Of a DNA stretch of 64,000 nucleotides, positions 49,722 through 59,036 are shown piece by piece. The stretch is from a virus. Made by a program: the position numbers and the translations under genes. Every line of letters starts with the position of its first letter. Position 1 is the stretch's first letter. The notes under the pieces were generated by a model that saw only the letters and a program-made list of their open reading frames with translations, was not told where the DNA came from and searched no databases. The stretch is taken from positions 29,807 through 93,806 of IMG/VR virus record IMGVR_UViG_3300020410_000948; one strand, written 5' to 3'.

Positions 49722-50168
49722 TTAACTTTCGGTTATTTTAATCTTAAAACCTGTAAGGGTTAATGTTGCTCCATCTGAAACTGCCTGTGTGCTTCCTAAG
49801 TCCCAGTAGCACAAAACATTGTTACTTGCATGACCACCGCTACCGCCGGCATCATCTGTTATAATTGCATATCTAGCATTTGCTATTGCTGAACCGCTGG
49901 CAGTCCATGCGCAGTCTGGCACTGTGATTTGCCCAAAGTTGCTGCTATCATCTTCAGAGATAAGGAAGCCTGTGCCTCTAGCCTTGGTTAATTCTCCATA
50001 ACTGCCACCAGTAGATTCGGCTGAACTTACATCACTAAACGTGTTTGTGTCGTCACTAAGGCTCGCTGAACTTGTTAGGAGGTGAACATAAAAATTAGTA
50101 GGCTCATCTTGAGCCCTGAAAGCCATAGACAAAATAATCTTTTTGCCTCTATTTGTCATTCCTGCCAT
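49722..50168 (-). CDS. Small virion structural protein
   Basis: 148 aa; MTNRGK...W.ASG..I..ARYAII.D pattern. Confidence 0.55.
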   Translation of the reverse strand: MAGMTNRGKKIILSMAFRAQDEPTNFYVHLLTSSASLSDDTNTFSDVSSAESTGGSYGELTKARGTGFLISEDDSSNFGQITVPDCAWTASGSAIANARYAIITDDAGGSGGHASNNVLCYWDLGSTQAVSDGATLTLTGFKIKITES

Positions 50169-50203
50169 AATTATTCTCCATTTGTAGGTAAACTATACTC
50201 TAT

Positions 50204-50218
50204 ATTATATACACAAAA
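50204..50218 (-). promoter_or_regulatory. Putative late promoter
   Basis: TTTTGTGTATATAAT, downstream of the capsid terminator. Confidence 0.6.
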
Positions 50219-50223
50219 TACAT

Positions 50224-50260
50224 AAAAAAACCGCCTCACTATCGAAATAATGAGACGGCT
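50224..50260 (-). terminator. Intrinsic terminator after the major capsid gene
   Basis: - strand AGCCGTCTCATTAT-TTCG-ATAGTGAGGCGG followed by a T-run. Confidence 0.8.
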
Positions 50261-50280
50261 TATGGATATAGTGCCTAGAA

Positions 50281-51288
50281 TTAGAATGAGCCAGCGATAA
50301 CTCTTCTATTGTCAAGAACACCAAAGCCAATTTCGGCCCATCCGTAATAACCTTGACGCTGATGTCTGTGAAGAGCTTCGTCTTCATAAACTTCAACTTC
50401 TTTCTTGACAGGCATTACAAAGCTGTCGTTGCTTGCTTGGTCAATACCAATAACAAGTTCAACGTCGCCATTAGGTCCGAGGCTACCGCCAAGATCGTCA
50501 TCAAAGTATGTTTGATACTCTTGATTTGTGCCAAACTCGAACAAGTCGTGTAGGTTGACACCGAATAGGCGGGTAAGAGGAGCACCGTCGTCAGCTGCCA
50601 CGTAGATTTCACGACGTGAAACTTCGTCAAGCTGATCAACACCCCAGTTGCGAATATCTTCAATAGCTTCTGGAGACATGTACAAGTCAGTCAAACGACC
50701 GTTAGCAGTAACGCTGTTACCGCCGCCGTTTCTTCTCATAACAGTCTTCATGAGCGATACAAGACGCTTAGTGAACTGACCAGCAGCTGCATCAGCATCG
50801 TATACCAAGATATTTCTGTCAACAGCAGCAGCTAGCAATGTATGCCATCCGTCGTCGTTGATTTTCTTTACAAATGATGCTTCCAAAACTTGCATTGCGC
50901 GAGCAATAACGTTCCAGTTAGCTTCACGGGCATACTTCAGCAAGAAGTCAATCGAGCTGGTAATTCCGTAAGTGTTAACCATGACGTAATCGCCTTCGAC
51001 GCTACGTTCTGGAATACGACCATGACCGGGATTAGTATAAGCAACATGCTCATTTTCTGTTCCCGGAGCAAGTAGGTCGAGAGGAAATTCAGGTGTTGCA
51101 CCCGGCTCAAGAGGCATAGCTTCATAAATAGAAGTAACCACATCACCAAATAATACACCTTTACGTAGTGGCAATTCTAGCGCTTTAGCGATTTCTCGCT
51201 GAGCTTCAATAGCCACTGCTTTATCAGAACTGCCAGATTGCTTTAGCAGAGCGATAAAATCTTCAGAAGGACGTTCTTTCATATTCAT
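50281..51288 (-). CDS. Major capsid protein (HK97 fold)
   Basis: 335 aa after protease and decoration genes; AAGGAG RBS before ATG 51288; followed by a terminator; C-terminal GYYGWAEIGFGVLD. Confidence 0.8.
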   Translation of the reverse strand: MNMKERPSEDFIALLKQSGSSDKAVAIEAQREIAKALELPLRKGVLFGDVVTSIYEAMPLEPGATPEFPLDLLAPGTENEHVAYTNPGHGRIPERSVEGDYVMVNTYGITSSIDFLLKYAREANWNVIARAMQVLEASFVKKINDDGWHTLLAAAVDRNILVYDADAAAGQFTKRLVSLMKTVMRRNGGGNSVTANGRLTDLYMSPEAIEDIRNWGVDQLDEVSRREIYVAADDGAPLTRLFGVNLHDLFEFGTNQEYQTYFDDDLGGSLGPNGDVELVIGIDQASNDSFVMPVKKEVEVYEDEALHRHQRQGYYGWAEIGFGVLDNRRVIAGSF

Positions 51289-51319
51289 CTTTATATTCTC
51301 CTTATGAGGTTGTGGTTTA

Positions 51320-51847
51320 TTAGATAATAGTTGTATTACCTGAACCGTACGGTACGTAAGCCCAAGCGCTTGGTAGATCAACTTCGACCTTGGCATATCC
51401 ATCTTCGTCTACTCCAGACAAGAATCGTCCAACAATTGGCACCATGTCTTTGAAACTATCACCTTCAGCGATCGCACTTTGTGAAACATTACCACTATGA
51501 GCTAAAAATGCAGGTCTACCAGCTAAGCTAGTCGTAGAACCTTCAATAGCATTAGTAACAACAGTTCCCTTACGAAGAATAGTAACTTTACCACCCTTCT
51601 GAACTTCATCTTTGTGTTGGTTAATATGTTGACGAGTGAGGTCAAGATTAACCATATCATTAAGCAAAATACCCATAGGCACAACTCGTGCTCCTGATAC
51701 AGCATAAGTAACCAAGGCAGAACCTTGGTCCATTGCTGCACCACTACCACCAGTGCTTAAAGAAACCACACCACCTCTAGTAGCAACTTCATTCATGAAG
51801 AAGCTAATATCAGTTTGCACTTCATTTCTATCTGATTTAAGAGCCAT
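51320..51847 (-). CDS. Capsid decoration/stabilising protein
   Basis: 175 aa between protease and capsid genes; PMGILL...VTILRKG...VGRFL beta-clip-like pattern. Confidence 0.6.
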   Translation of the reverse strand: MALKSDRNEVQTDISFFMNEVATRGGVVSLSTGGSGAAMDQGSALVTYAVSGARVVPMGILLNDMVNLDLTRQHINQHKDEVQKGGKVTILRKGTVVTNAIEGSTTSLAGRPAFLAHSGNVSQSAIAEGDSFKDMVPIVGRFLSGVDEDGYAKVEVDLPSAWAYVPYGSGNTTII

Positions 51848-51866
51848 TATATCTTTCTCCTTTTAA

Positions 51867-53393
51867 TTACTTATTAAGGTTAGCAGTTGTTTTAAGAAGA
51901 GAGCCGAACCATTCGCTTGCAGTAGAACGTAGTTCCGTAGATGGATCAAGATCGTCAGCGGCTTCAGCCATTGCAATATCTTCTTCAACTTCTACTTCTT
52001 CTAATTCTTCAGCGCTAGCTTCAGCTTCGTCAGTTTCTTCATCAAGAAGTTCATCTTCAGCTTTGACCTTTTTAGGAGCCATTGCAGCTGGAGCTTCTTC
52101 TTCTTCTTTTTCGTCTTTTTTCTTCATCTCAGCTTTTTTGTTGTACATCTTAGCAACAACAAACTCGAAAGTGCTGTCGTCTAGATTTTCAAACTGAGCT
52201 AAAGTTTCCTCAATCTCTTCTTCTTCAATACCAGCTTCTTTAAGGGAAGCAATTCTTCTTTCAAGAGCTGCTGCCTTTTCGATTTCTGCAATCTTAGCAA
52301 CTGCTTCTTCTTTGGCGGCTTCAGCAACAGAAAGAGCTTCTTCAACTTCAGCTAATTTAGCTAAGGCTTCTGTAGCTTCTTCTGACTTCGAGGCAATAGC
52401 CTCATCTTTAGCAGAGATGGTCTCTTCAAACTTTTTCAATTGAGCTTCAATTGCTTCGGCTTTTTGAGATTCCATTTCTTGCTTCATAGTTTCGTTGGTA
52501 AGACGGGCTTCGCTTAATTCAGCCTTTAGATCTTCCAACTGTTTCTGTAAAACATCGGACATATCAGTCTCCTTTATTGATGAAACAGTAATGAATTCAC
52601 TTTTACTTTCACTAAAACTTTTGTTGTCATTCAGTATGACACTTCGAGGATTAGCAGGTTTAGAAACCAAGCCCTTGCCAGAGAAAGATATATTTCTTAA
52701 TAATCGACCTACTGTGTAACCCTCATACTTTCCTGTTCCCCCGTAAGCTCTAAGATGCTTCGTCAAAAATGCCGATGCCTCTTCTCTCTTAACAACCTTG
52801 AACTCTCCCTGTGAATCCTTTAGGGCATAGTCAAAGTTTGGAAACAAACATTCCATGGATACAAACCACTTATTTCCTTCTTCAATTTCCTCTACTATGT
52901 TGTTCATTCTTTCTCGAAGTGATGGGTCACTCCAAGACTTATATAGAACAGCATTTGTAATTATATTGAATTTTTCAGGACTGCCGGCTTCTTCCCATTC
53001 TGCCTGACTATCCATTACGTTTCCGTCAAAGTCAACAATATAATTGCCAGTAATGTGACCGATTATGTCAGCCTCATTGTGCATATAATTAAACTGTTTA
53101 TCTTCAGGAGTTGAACGAGCATCCCACATTTCTTGTGCGTCGAATACATCGTCATTCTTATTCCAGCCAGTACTGACTAAAACAGAGCTAAGATAATACA
53201 AGTCTATTTGTTCTTTGTTTTCTGCCTTAGCACCCATAAACGAAAGAGCTACTTCATGATCGCTCTCAAGTTCAGATGCGGTAGCCTCGATGAGATCTTC
53301 CTTAGACATAACAGGCGAACAATACGCAACAGTATTGTTATTCTGTATAGCATCTTGAAGACCATCTTCGATTTCTTGTGCATAAACTTTCAT
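51867..53393 (-). CDS. Prohead protease-scaffold fusion
   Basis: NKNDD, MHNEADIIGHI, FVSMECLF, FSGKGLVSKPANP protease-like core plus an acidic coiled-coil C-terminus; RBS before ATG 53393. Confidence 0.7.
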   Translation of the reverse strand: MKVYAQEIEDGLQDAIQNNNTVAYCSPVMSKEDLIEATASELESDHEVALSFMGAKAENKEQIDLYYLSSVLVSTGWNKNDDVFDAQEMWDARSTPEDKQFNYMHNEADIIGHITGNYIVDFDGNVMDSQAEWEEAGSPEKFNIITNAVLYKSWSDPSLRERMNNIVEEIEEGNKWFVSMECLFPNFDYALKDSQGEFKVVKREEASAFLTKHLRAYGGTGKYEGYTVGRLLRNISFSGKGLVSKPANPRSVILNDNKSFSESKSEFITVSSIKETDMSDVLQKQLEDLKAELSEARLTNETMKQEMESQKAEAIEAQLKKFEETISAKDEAIASKSEEATEALAKLAEVEEALSVAEAAKEEAVAKIAEIEKAAALERRIASLKEAGIEEEEIEETLAQFENLDDSTFEFVVAKMYNKKAEMKKKDEKEEEEAPAAMAPKKVKAEDELLDEETDEAEASAEELEEVEVEEDIAMAEAADDLDPSTELRSTASEWFGSLLKTTANLNK

Positions 53394-53413
53394 TTTATTA
53401 TTCTCCTTAGTCT

Positions 53414-53427
53414 TAAATACACAAAAA
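53414..53427 (-). promoter_or_regulatory. Putative late promoter
   Basis: TTTTTGTGTATTTAA. Confidence 0.55.
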
Positions 53428-53457
53428 ACGGGATTAATTAATTTTTTTGCACTAAAA

Positions 53458-55563
53458 CTAAGCAAGCGCTGCAAAGGTTGAAGCATAGATGTACCTCATT
53501 TCATCAATGTTAGGTTTTCGTTTTTGATTTTTTACAAAAGAAGCGACAGCCTCTTTAACATTGTTCTTGAATGTAGCCGAAGGTTTTGTATTGCTATCTA
53601 TAATAGATTTTATGACAGACTCATCAATATCCATAAACGGCTCCATGCCTGTCAATATACAAAGCTTAAGATATTCCAATTGATCAAACTCACTTTTTGT
53701 TAAGCTTCTAGCGTTCTTTTTATTGAAGTGATTTAATGCCATTGGAGCAACAAGTTCTGCGATAGTCTTCTGTGACTCGTAAGCCCAAAGAGTTACAGCG
53801 AGAGAGTCTCCAGTTCTAGGAAGAACCCTTTTCTGCTTTCTAGGGCCTGTATCTCTAGAGTTTAAAGGTCTACCACCTCTTGGATCTACAAGGTCACGCT
53901 TTTCTTCCTGCGGTGGTTGTTTGGATTTCTCTTCAAGTTTATTAATCTCGTCAACCTCTGATGGCGGCAAGCCTAGTCCATTCAAATAGATATCCTTGTC
54001 TATTATATCTTTAGTCAAAGCTATCTTAGCAATATCGTCTTTGTGTTGGGGGTTATGATAAGGACCAGCTTTCTTTGGAGATAGCGCATCATTCACTCTA
54101 GCTCTTTCCTCTCTTCGTACACGTATCTTCTCAATAGATGGCAGCTCTCTAAATCTTTCAAGAAGTGTCTCGTGAGATATAATATCTCTGTCTGCCAATT
54201 GAACTAACAATTGTTTTTGGGCCGCTTCATCAGAAAGCACAATAGAATCGAAATGTATTTCGGCAGGAAATCTAAAACCCATAGCTTTTTGCACTAACTT
54301 GATTTCGTGTTGCCAAAACTGTTTTAATACTTCTCTTCCATACTCTAGTCTTTCAATGAGAGTTTTTAGTGATACATAATTGTTTGTGTATCCACCGCTT
54401 GCTCCCGCAGCTCCCGTTAGGGTTGGTGGAATCCCAAGACCAGCGTAAACACTAGTAAGAACTGGTTGATATTTTTCTGAACCTAAGAACTTGTATACCT
54501 GAGTGCTACTTTCTTTGAAGTCAATTTCTGGACCCCAAACCAAATCCATTGTACCTCCGCCAACATTACTAGCCAAGATATCTCTTAGTTTATTAATGGC
54601 AGCTTTAGTAGGAATAATCTTATGATCTAAATCACCAATCCTCCAAAGTCTTACGTTTGAGATTGCGCCATCTAGAGCAGCTAGGTCTGCAAGCTTCATT
54701 TTTTCTAGCATAATGATATCATCGAGAATAGCATAGATCATAGGGTTTGCCCACATGTTCCAGTCGTCTTTCTTGTAATGGAACATCATGACCTTTTCTC
54801 TGTCTAAAGGTATCTCTCTTTCCCCTCCGTTAAACTGCTTTAGCATCGCAGGAGGGAGAGGTTTATTATTACCCTCTCGACCATTATACATCAATAGAGA
54901 ATTTACTGTGGTTTTTGATACCTTGAGGACATACTCCAGATCTCCTGTAAAAGCTGCTGTTTCGCTATTCTTTACGCTAACAGCTAAAGGGTTTAAGAAA
55001 TCATACTTCCAAGGAATCTCTCTTCTAGAAACAGGAATGTCTTCTATCTTCATGTCTGGGGCTGCGCTACTTCTCTTTAGTTCAGCTTCTTTTTTCTTGC
55101 TAATTTTGGCCGTTCTTCTTTTTGCTACAACGTTACCACATCTGTAGAGATAATTTAAAAATCTTTCAGACCGATCTAAGCCATTTACATTTTCAAACCA
55201 TTTTCTATAGAATCTTTCGATGGACTTGTTGGGATGTACTAAAGTAAGCCCTTGAGACGCAAAGTCTCCCATTAGATCAATAACGTTTCTTACAATACCA
55301 ACTTTCTCGTAGGCTTGCATACACATTTTCATTATTCTTTTTTGCTGCTTAGGTACAGCTTCACCCGGACGAAACGCAGTGTAGTCATTTCTATAGAAGC
55401 TCGGACGAACAGAGCGAGATGATTCAACATCTATAAAAGTTCTGTTGTCGTAAGCATATGATTTTTGTATTCCGTCATAGGCATGAACATTGTCAGAAGA
55501 CTGTTGATAGGCCTTACTTTTCTCTAAATCATCAGACCATGTTAAGTAAAGATCGTCGGACAT
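53458..55563 (-). CDS. Portal protein
   Basis: 701 aa directly after terminase; Y...GIVRNVIDLM, portal-like GLGIP segment. Confidence 0.8.
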   Translation of the reverse strand: MSDDLYLTWSDDLEKSKAYQQSSDNVHAYDGIQKSYAYDNRTFIDVESSRSVRPSFYRNDYTAFRPGEAVPKQQKRIMKMCMQAYEKVGIVRNVIDLMGDFASQGLTLVHPNKSIERFYRKWFENVNGLDRSERFLNYLYRCGNVVAKRRTAKISKKKEAELKRSSAAPDMKIEDIPVSRREIPWKYDFLNPLAVSVKNSETAAFTGDLEYVLKVSKTTVNSLLMYNGREGNNKPLPPAMLKQFNGGEREIPLDREKVMMFHYKKDDWNMWANPMIYAILDDIIMLEKMKLADLAALDGAISNVRLWRIGDLDHKIIPTKAAINKLRDILASNVGGGTMDLVWGPEIDFKESSTQVYKFLGSEKYQPVLTSVYAGLGIPPTLTGAAGASGGYTNNYVSLKTLIERLEYGREVLKQFWQHEIKLVQKAMGFRFPAEIHFDSIVLSDEAAQKQLLVQLADRDIISHETLLERFRELPSIEKIRVRREERARVNDALSPKKAGPYHNPQHKDDIAKIALTKDIIDKDIYLNGLGLPPSEVDEINKLEEKSKQPPQEEKRDLVDPRGGRPLNSRDTGPRKQKRVLPRTGDSLAVTLWAYESQKTIAELVAPMALNHFNKKNARSLTKSEFDQLEYLKLCILTGMEPFMDIDESVIKSIIDSNTKPSATFKNNVKEAVASFVKNQKRKPNIDEMRYIYASTFAALA

Positions 55564-55608
55564 TTGTATTACCTCTTAAGCAATAGTATTGATAGTTGTA
55601 TTCATAAC

Positions 55609-55619
55609 AATATACACAG
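55609..55619 (-). promoter_or_regulatory. Putative late promoter
   Basis: CTGTGTATATT between terminase and portal. Confidence 0.5.
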
Positions 55620-55621
55620 TA

Positions 55622-57616
55622 TTAATATATATTGTCCATATTTTCAGTAAACCAAGAGGGTCCCCTATACATCGGACCGTCTTCTTTATTATCAATAGTA
55701 TTGGATTTTTTAGCAAACCCACCATAATGGTCAAACGTTTGTACTGTTTTTTCAACAGACATTTGTCTAGCGGACATGTTAGCCATGATTAAGGAAGAGT
55801 AGCGGTCTTTACGCAATCTTCTTTTCCTTCCTGCCGCAACTTTTACTTCAGGAGTATCCCATCTTTCTCTCCCCGTGCCGGTTTGGGTCATGACTATCAT
55901 AGATAGTTCGTTCTTTAATTCTTCTATCTCCATAACGCAATCTTCCAGAGTATCATACAGTCTCCCCTCTCTTCCGTCCTCCTCTGCTGATAGACCTAAG
56001 CTAACCGCATCAAAATCTGGAAACAGCACAAGTTTGTCCTCGAAGTCCTTTCTTAATCCGTGATTCGCCTCTGCTAGCCAATCGTATTTTGCAAACTGGC
56101 ACATCTTCAAGATATGCAGTCCGGGTTCATTGTCTGTATCTTTAGGCTTATCCCAGTCTATAACGGGCCAGATCTTATGTTCTCCCTCTCTGACTTTATC
56201 TTTATCATGCAAAGCCTCCATTACGGCTATACCGCCGCCTTGAGCATCTAGAGCTATTTCAGCGCAAGGAAATACCCTCATTAAATTTCGTATTTTTCTT
56301 GCACAGTATGAGTAGAAGTCGTCCTCGTCCGCCATATTTGATTTTAGTTGTTCTCTATGTTGGCTTCTGTTTGTAGTCCATACATGTACAACTCTACGAT
56401 GTGTACCGTTTAGCTCTAACACGACAATACTAAAGTTATCAACCTCAGACGCTGGGTCAACTCCAAAAATATATTTTTTCTCAGGATCGCCTTTGAGGAG
56501 TGCCTCAAAATGGACTTCTTCATCATTGAACTTTATATTGTTTGATTCTGAAGCTACGCAGTTTTCTATGAGTGATCTCTTGAAAAAACCCTGACTGTCT
56601 GTTGTAAAACATGCTCCGTACTCCATCTGGAAAATGCCTGCATGAACTGTGGCTCTGGCTCTTGCTATCTGGCCTTCATCCATAAATCCTTCTGGAAGTG
56701 TTGTGACGGGCATCCTAATGACAGAATATTCATCCCAAGCAAAATCTTCTGGAACATCCGGACCAAATACTTCTTGCAGCTTAAATCTATCGCCTCCACT
56801 ATTCACTATAGCTTTATATCTTTTCCAGTAATCAGCAAAGTGATTAAAATCATAATATGCTGTTCCGGAAAGTATGATTTGGTTTGATTTGTCGGTGAGG
56901 GGGTTGTTAGCATCTGCAGTATAGGGGATTCCCAGCTCTTCCGCTTTTTTCTTGCTGGCTTTGGTTTTAACTTTTTCTATTGGTGATGCTGACACTGCCG
57001 CAAAACCCGCAACAACATTCTCAAATATGTCACGAGGTATGGATGCAAACTCGTCAGCAATAATATCGTTTGCACGCTGACCACGAATCTTGCTTCCGTC
57101 ACCGAGAGGTAAACAAGTTATAGTGCTATCGCCAATATGCATTACACATCTATCGACATCTCTTCTGGGGCCGCTATTAGAGCCGCACAGATCCCTCAGA
57201 ATGGGCGCGTTCTTCCAAATGGTGTCCATATACTCAAAAAGCACTTTCGACTGTCTAAACGCTGCACCGACGACGATAATCTTTCTTCTCGGCATAAACA
57301 ATGCTCGAAGTAGTGGATATACAGATAGAATAAAAGACTTACCCATACCACGACTACCAATAAGCATTGGAAACTTTTTATTCCACATTTCTTGCAGTAT
57401 CAGAGATTGAAAGGGGGATACCTCAATGTTTAAGATATATTTACATGCGAACGAAAAATATTCTGGCTGCATAAAGAGCCAAGCTATTCTTTCTAGAATT
57501 TTATCATTGTCGCCATCATGAAATATAAAATCTATCGGATTAAATAAATCTTCTTCTTTTACGCTTATGCCTAGCCATGCGTCTTGTAATACTTTTTCTA
57601 TGTTTTCTTTTTTCAT
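55622..57616 (-). CDS. terL: Terminase large subunit
   Basis: Walker A GSRGMGKS, IRG.RA + Walker B IIADE, RNase H-like GVDPAS, terminal KDRYSS. Confidence 0.92.
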   Translation of the reverse strand: MKKENIEKVLQDAWLGISVKEEDLFNPIDFIFHDGDNDKILERIAWLFMQPEYFSFACKYILNIEVSPFQSLILQEMWNKKFPMLIGSRGMGKSFILSVYPLLRALFMPRRKIIVVGAAFRQSKVLFEYMDTIWKNAPILRDLCGSNSGPRRDVDRCVMHIGDSTITCLPLGDGSKIRGQRANDIIADEFASIPRDIFENVVAGFAAVSASPIEKVKTKASKKKAEELGIPYTADANNPLTDKSNQIILSGTAYYDFNHFADYWKRYKAIVNSGGDRFKLQEVFGPDVPEDFAWDEYSVIRMPVTTLPEGFMDEGQIARARATVHAGIFQMEYGACFTTDSQGFFKRSLIENCVASESNNIKFNDEEVHFEALLKGDPEKKYIFGVDPASEVDNFSIVVLELNGTHRRVVHVWTTNRSQHREQLKSNMADEDDFYSYCARKIRNLMRVFPCAEIALDAQGGGIAVMEALHDKDKVREGEHKIWPVIDWDKPKDTDNEPGLHILKMCQFAKYDWLAEANHGLRKDFEDKLVLFPDFDAVSLGLSAEEDGREGRLYDTLEDCVMEIEELKNELSMIVMTQTGTGRERWDTPEVKVAAGRKRRLRKDRYSSLIMANMSARQMSVEKTVQTFDHYGGFAKKSNTIDNKEDGPMYRGPSWFTENMDNIY

Positions 57617-58275
57617 TAAAGTCTCTTAAGTATATTTTCTACTGAATTGTTTTGGCCTTTACCAAACAATATATCTGCAAAGCCATATTCTACGGCACGT
57701 TCGCCATCAAGTATCCAATCCTCTTTTACATTTAGTCTTCGTTTCAAAATTGATTTTATCTCTACAGGTTTTTTGCCTTTGAAAGCCGAGCCCTTCTTGC
57801 AAGCAGATACATATATATCATACATCATTTCCTTTGACTTTTTAAGGGCCTCAGCGTTCGATATAAACTGCTTTGTGGTTCCACTGGTCTCACAAGACCC
57901 TTCGTGTATTAACCACTCTGTGTGGGGGTGTGTGACCCTTAAACCTTTACCTATGACAGCTTGTGGTATAATGCTTCCCATAGAAGATGCTGAACCATAG
58001 CAAATAAATAAGAATTTACACTTACTTGCTCTTATTGCGTCGTATATTGCAAAGCCTGCATTTTGGTCACCACCAATATTGTACTGATGAATAATTATTG
58101 GGTTACTGTTTAAAGATTCAAGCATTGTTAGATTTTTGATAAACTCTACAGCATGTTTTGACCCCAACCCATCATCTCCTGACTCAAGGAATATTTCTCT
58201 TGTCTGAGAAAGCAGTCCATAGTCGTGCCAGTTTGATAAAGCTGAATATATTTGTGATCTATTCGGTCGGTTCAT
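57616..58275 (-). CDS. clpP: ClpP-family protease
   Basis: IGGD...GFAIYDAI, ASSMG (Ser), LIHE (His), EDWIL (Asp), AVEYGFAD. Confidence 0.85.
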   Translation of the reverse strand: MNRPNRSQIYSALSNWHDYGLLSQTREIFLESGDDGLGSKHAVEFIKNLTMLESLNSNPIIIHQYNIGGDQNAGFAIYDAIRASKCKFLFICYGSASSMGSIIPQAVIGKGLRVTHPHTEWLIHEGSCETSGTTKQFISNAEALKKSKEMMYDIYVSACKKGSAFKGKKPVEIKSILKRRLNVKEDWILDGERAVEYGFADILFGKGQNNSVENILKRL

Positions 58276-58786
58276 GGAACATCTCGTTCAACCTCTTAAA
58301 AATACTATTCGCTACTAAAAAGGCGTTATCTTTGTTATCACAGAAAAGCACGTGTATGCCGTACCAGTTTTGGTATTCCATCAAAGATCTGAGCAGATAC
58401 TTCCCTGTTATGCGCCGCTTCTTTATTTGTGCCTCTACGTAAGCCGGTCTGGTTTGCTTCATGTAATCAGAAAAAATAGAATTTGGATAGTCTACTAAGT
58501 CTGACATAGAAAATTCACAAATAATATATTTAAATGCGAATTCTTGCATCCTCTGCATCTCTTTATCAAAAGCTTTCTTTTTCTTTCCAAGGTTGTTAGC
58601 TATTTCCTCTACGGAAAACTTTCGTTCGATACAGACCATATCCTCAAAACCTTTGATCGTATAGTCTCCGGTCTTTAGTGTTTCCTGCTCCATGCCGGCA
58701 CACTTATCGTATTCACCAAAGTACCATCCTTTTTGTTCTCTGGTATCTTGCAATACTGTATATTTCGGTATAGTCTTTTTAGCCAT
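58259..58786 (-). CDS. ERCC4/XPF-domain nuclease
   Basis: QDTREQ...LKTGDY...IERK motif. Confidence 0.85.
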   Translation of the reverse strand: MAKKTIPKYTVLQDTREQKGWYFGEYDKCAGMEQETLKTGDYTIKGFEDMVCIERKFSVEEIANNLGKKKKAFDKEMQRMQEFAFKYIICEFSMSDLVDYPNSIFSDYMKQTRPAYVEAQIKKRRITGKYLLRSLMEYQNWYGIHVLFCDNKDNAFLVANSIFKRLNEMFHEPTE

Positions 58787-59036
58787 CTATCAGTCCTAAC
58801 AAATAAGCCTCGTAATGCCCCTCATTACCCGTTACTTCCTTGTGACAGTTATAACATAGGGTTATGCCATTGTTTACATCAAACCTCAAAGAAGAAGCGC
58901 TAGCCCATTTTCTAATGTGGTGAACGTATAGCTTTTTCTTTTTGCCGCCCGTCTTACACATCTTACAAGTAAACTTATCTCGCTTCAAGACATCCATCCG
59001 AAACTTCTTGTAAGCTGGATCGTCGTAATTCCTCAT
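58779..59036 (-). CDS. Small HNH endonuclease
   Basis: VLKRD..CKMC...HHI...NGITLCYNCH. Confidence 0.85.
   Translation of the reverse strand: MRNYDDPAYKKFRMDVLKRDKFTCKMCKTGGKKKKLYVHHIRKWASASSLRFDVNNGITLCYNCHKEVTGNEGHYEAYLLGLIDG

Noticed and set aside
51289-51402. Longer N-termini in the ORF track (capsid 51402, protease 53486, gmd 60045, 32881, 15423, 41146, 2841, 3524, 6880, 8923)
   Set aside because: They overlap upstream genes or promoter motifs; the downstream ATGs have an RBS or stop-start coupling
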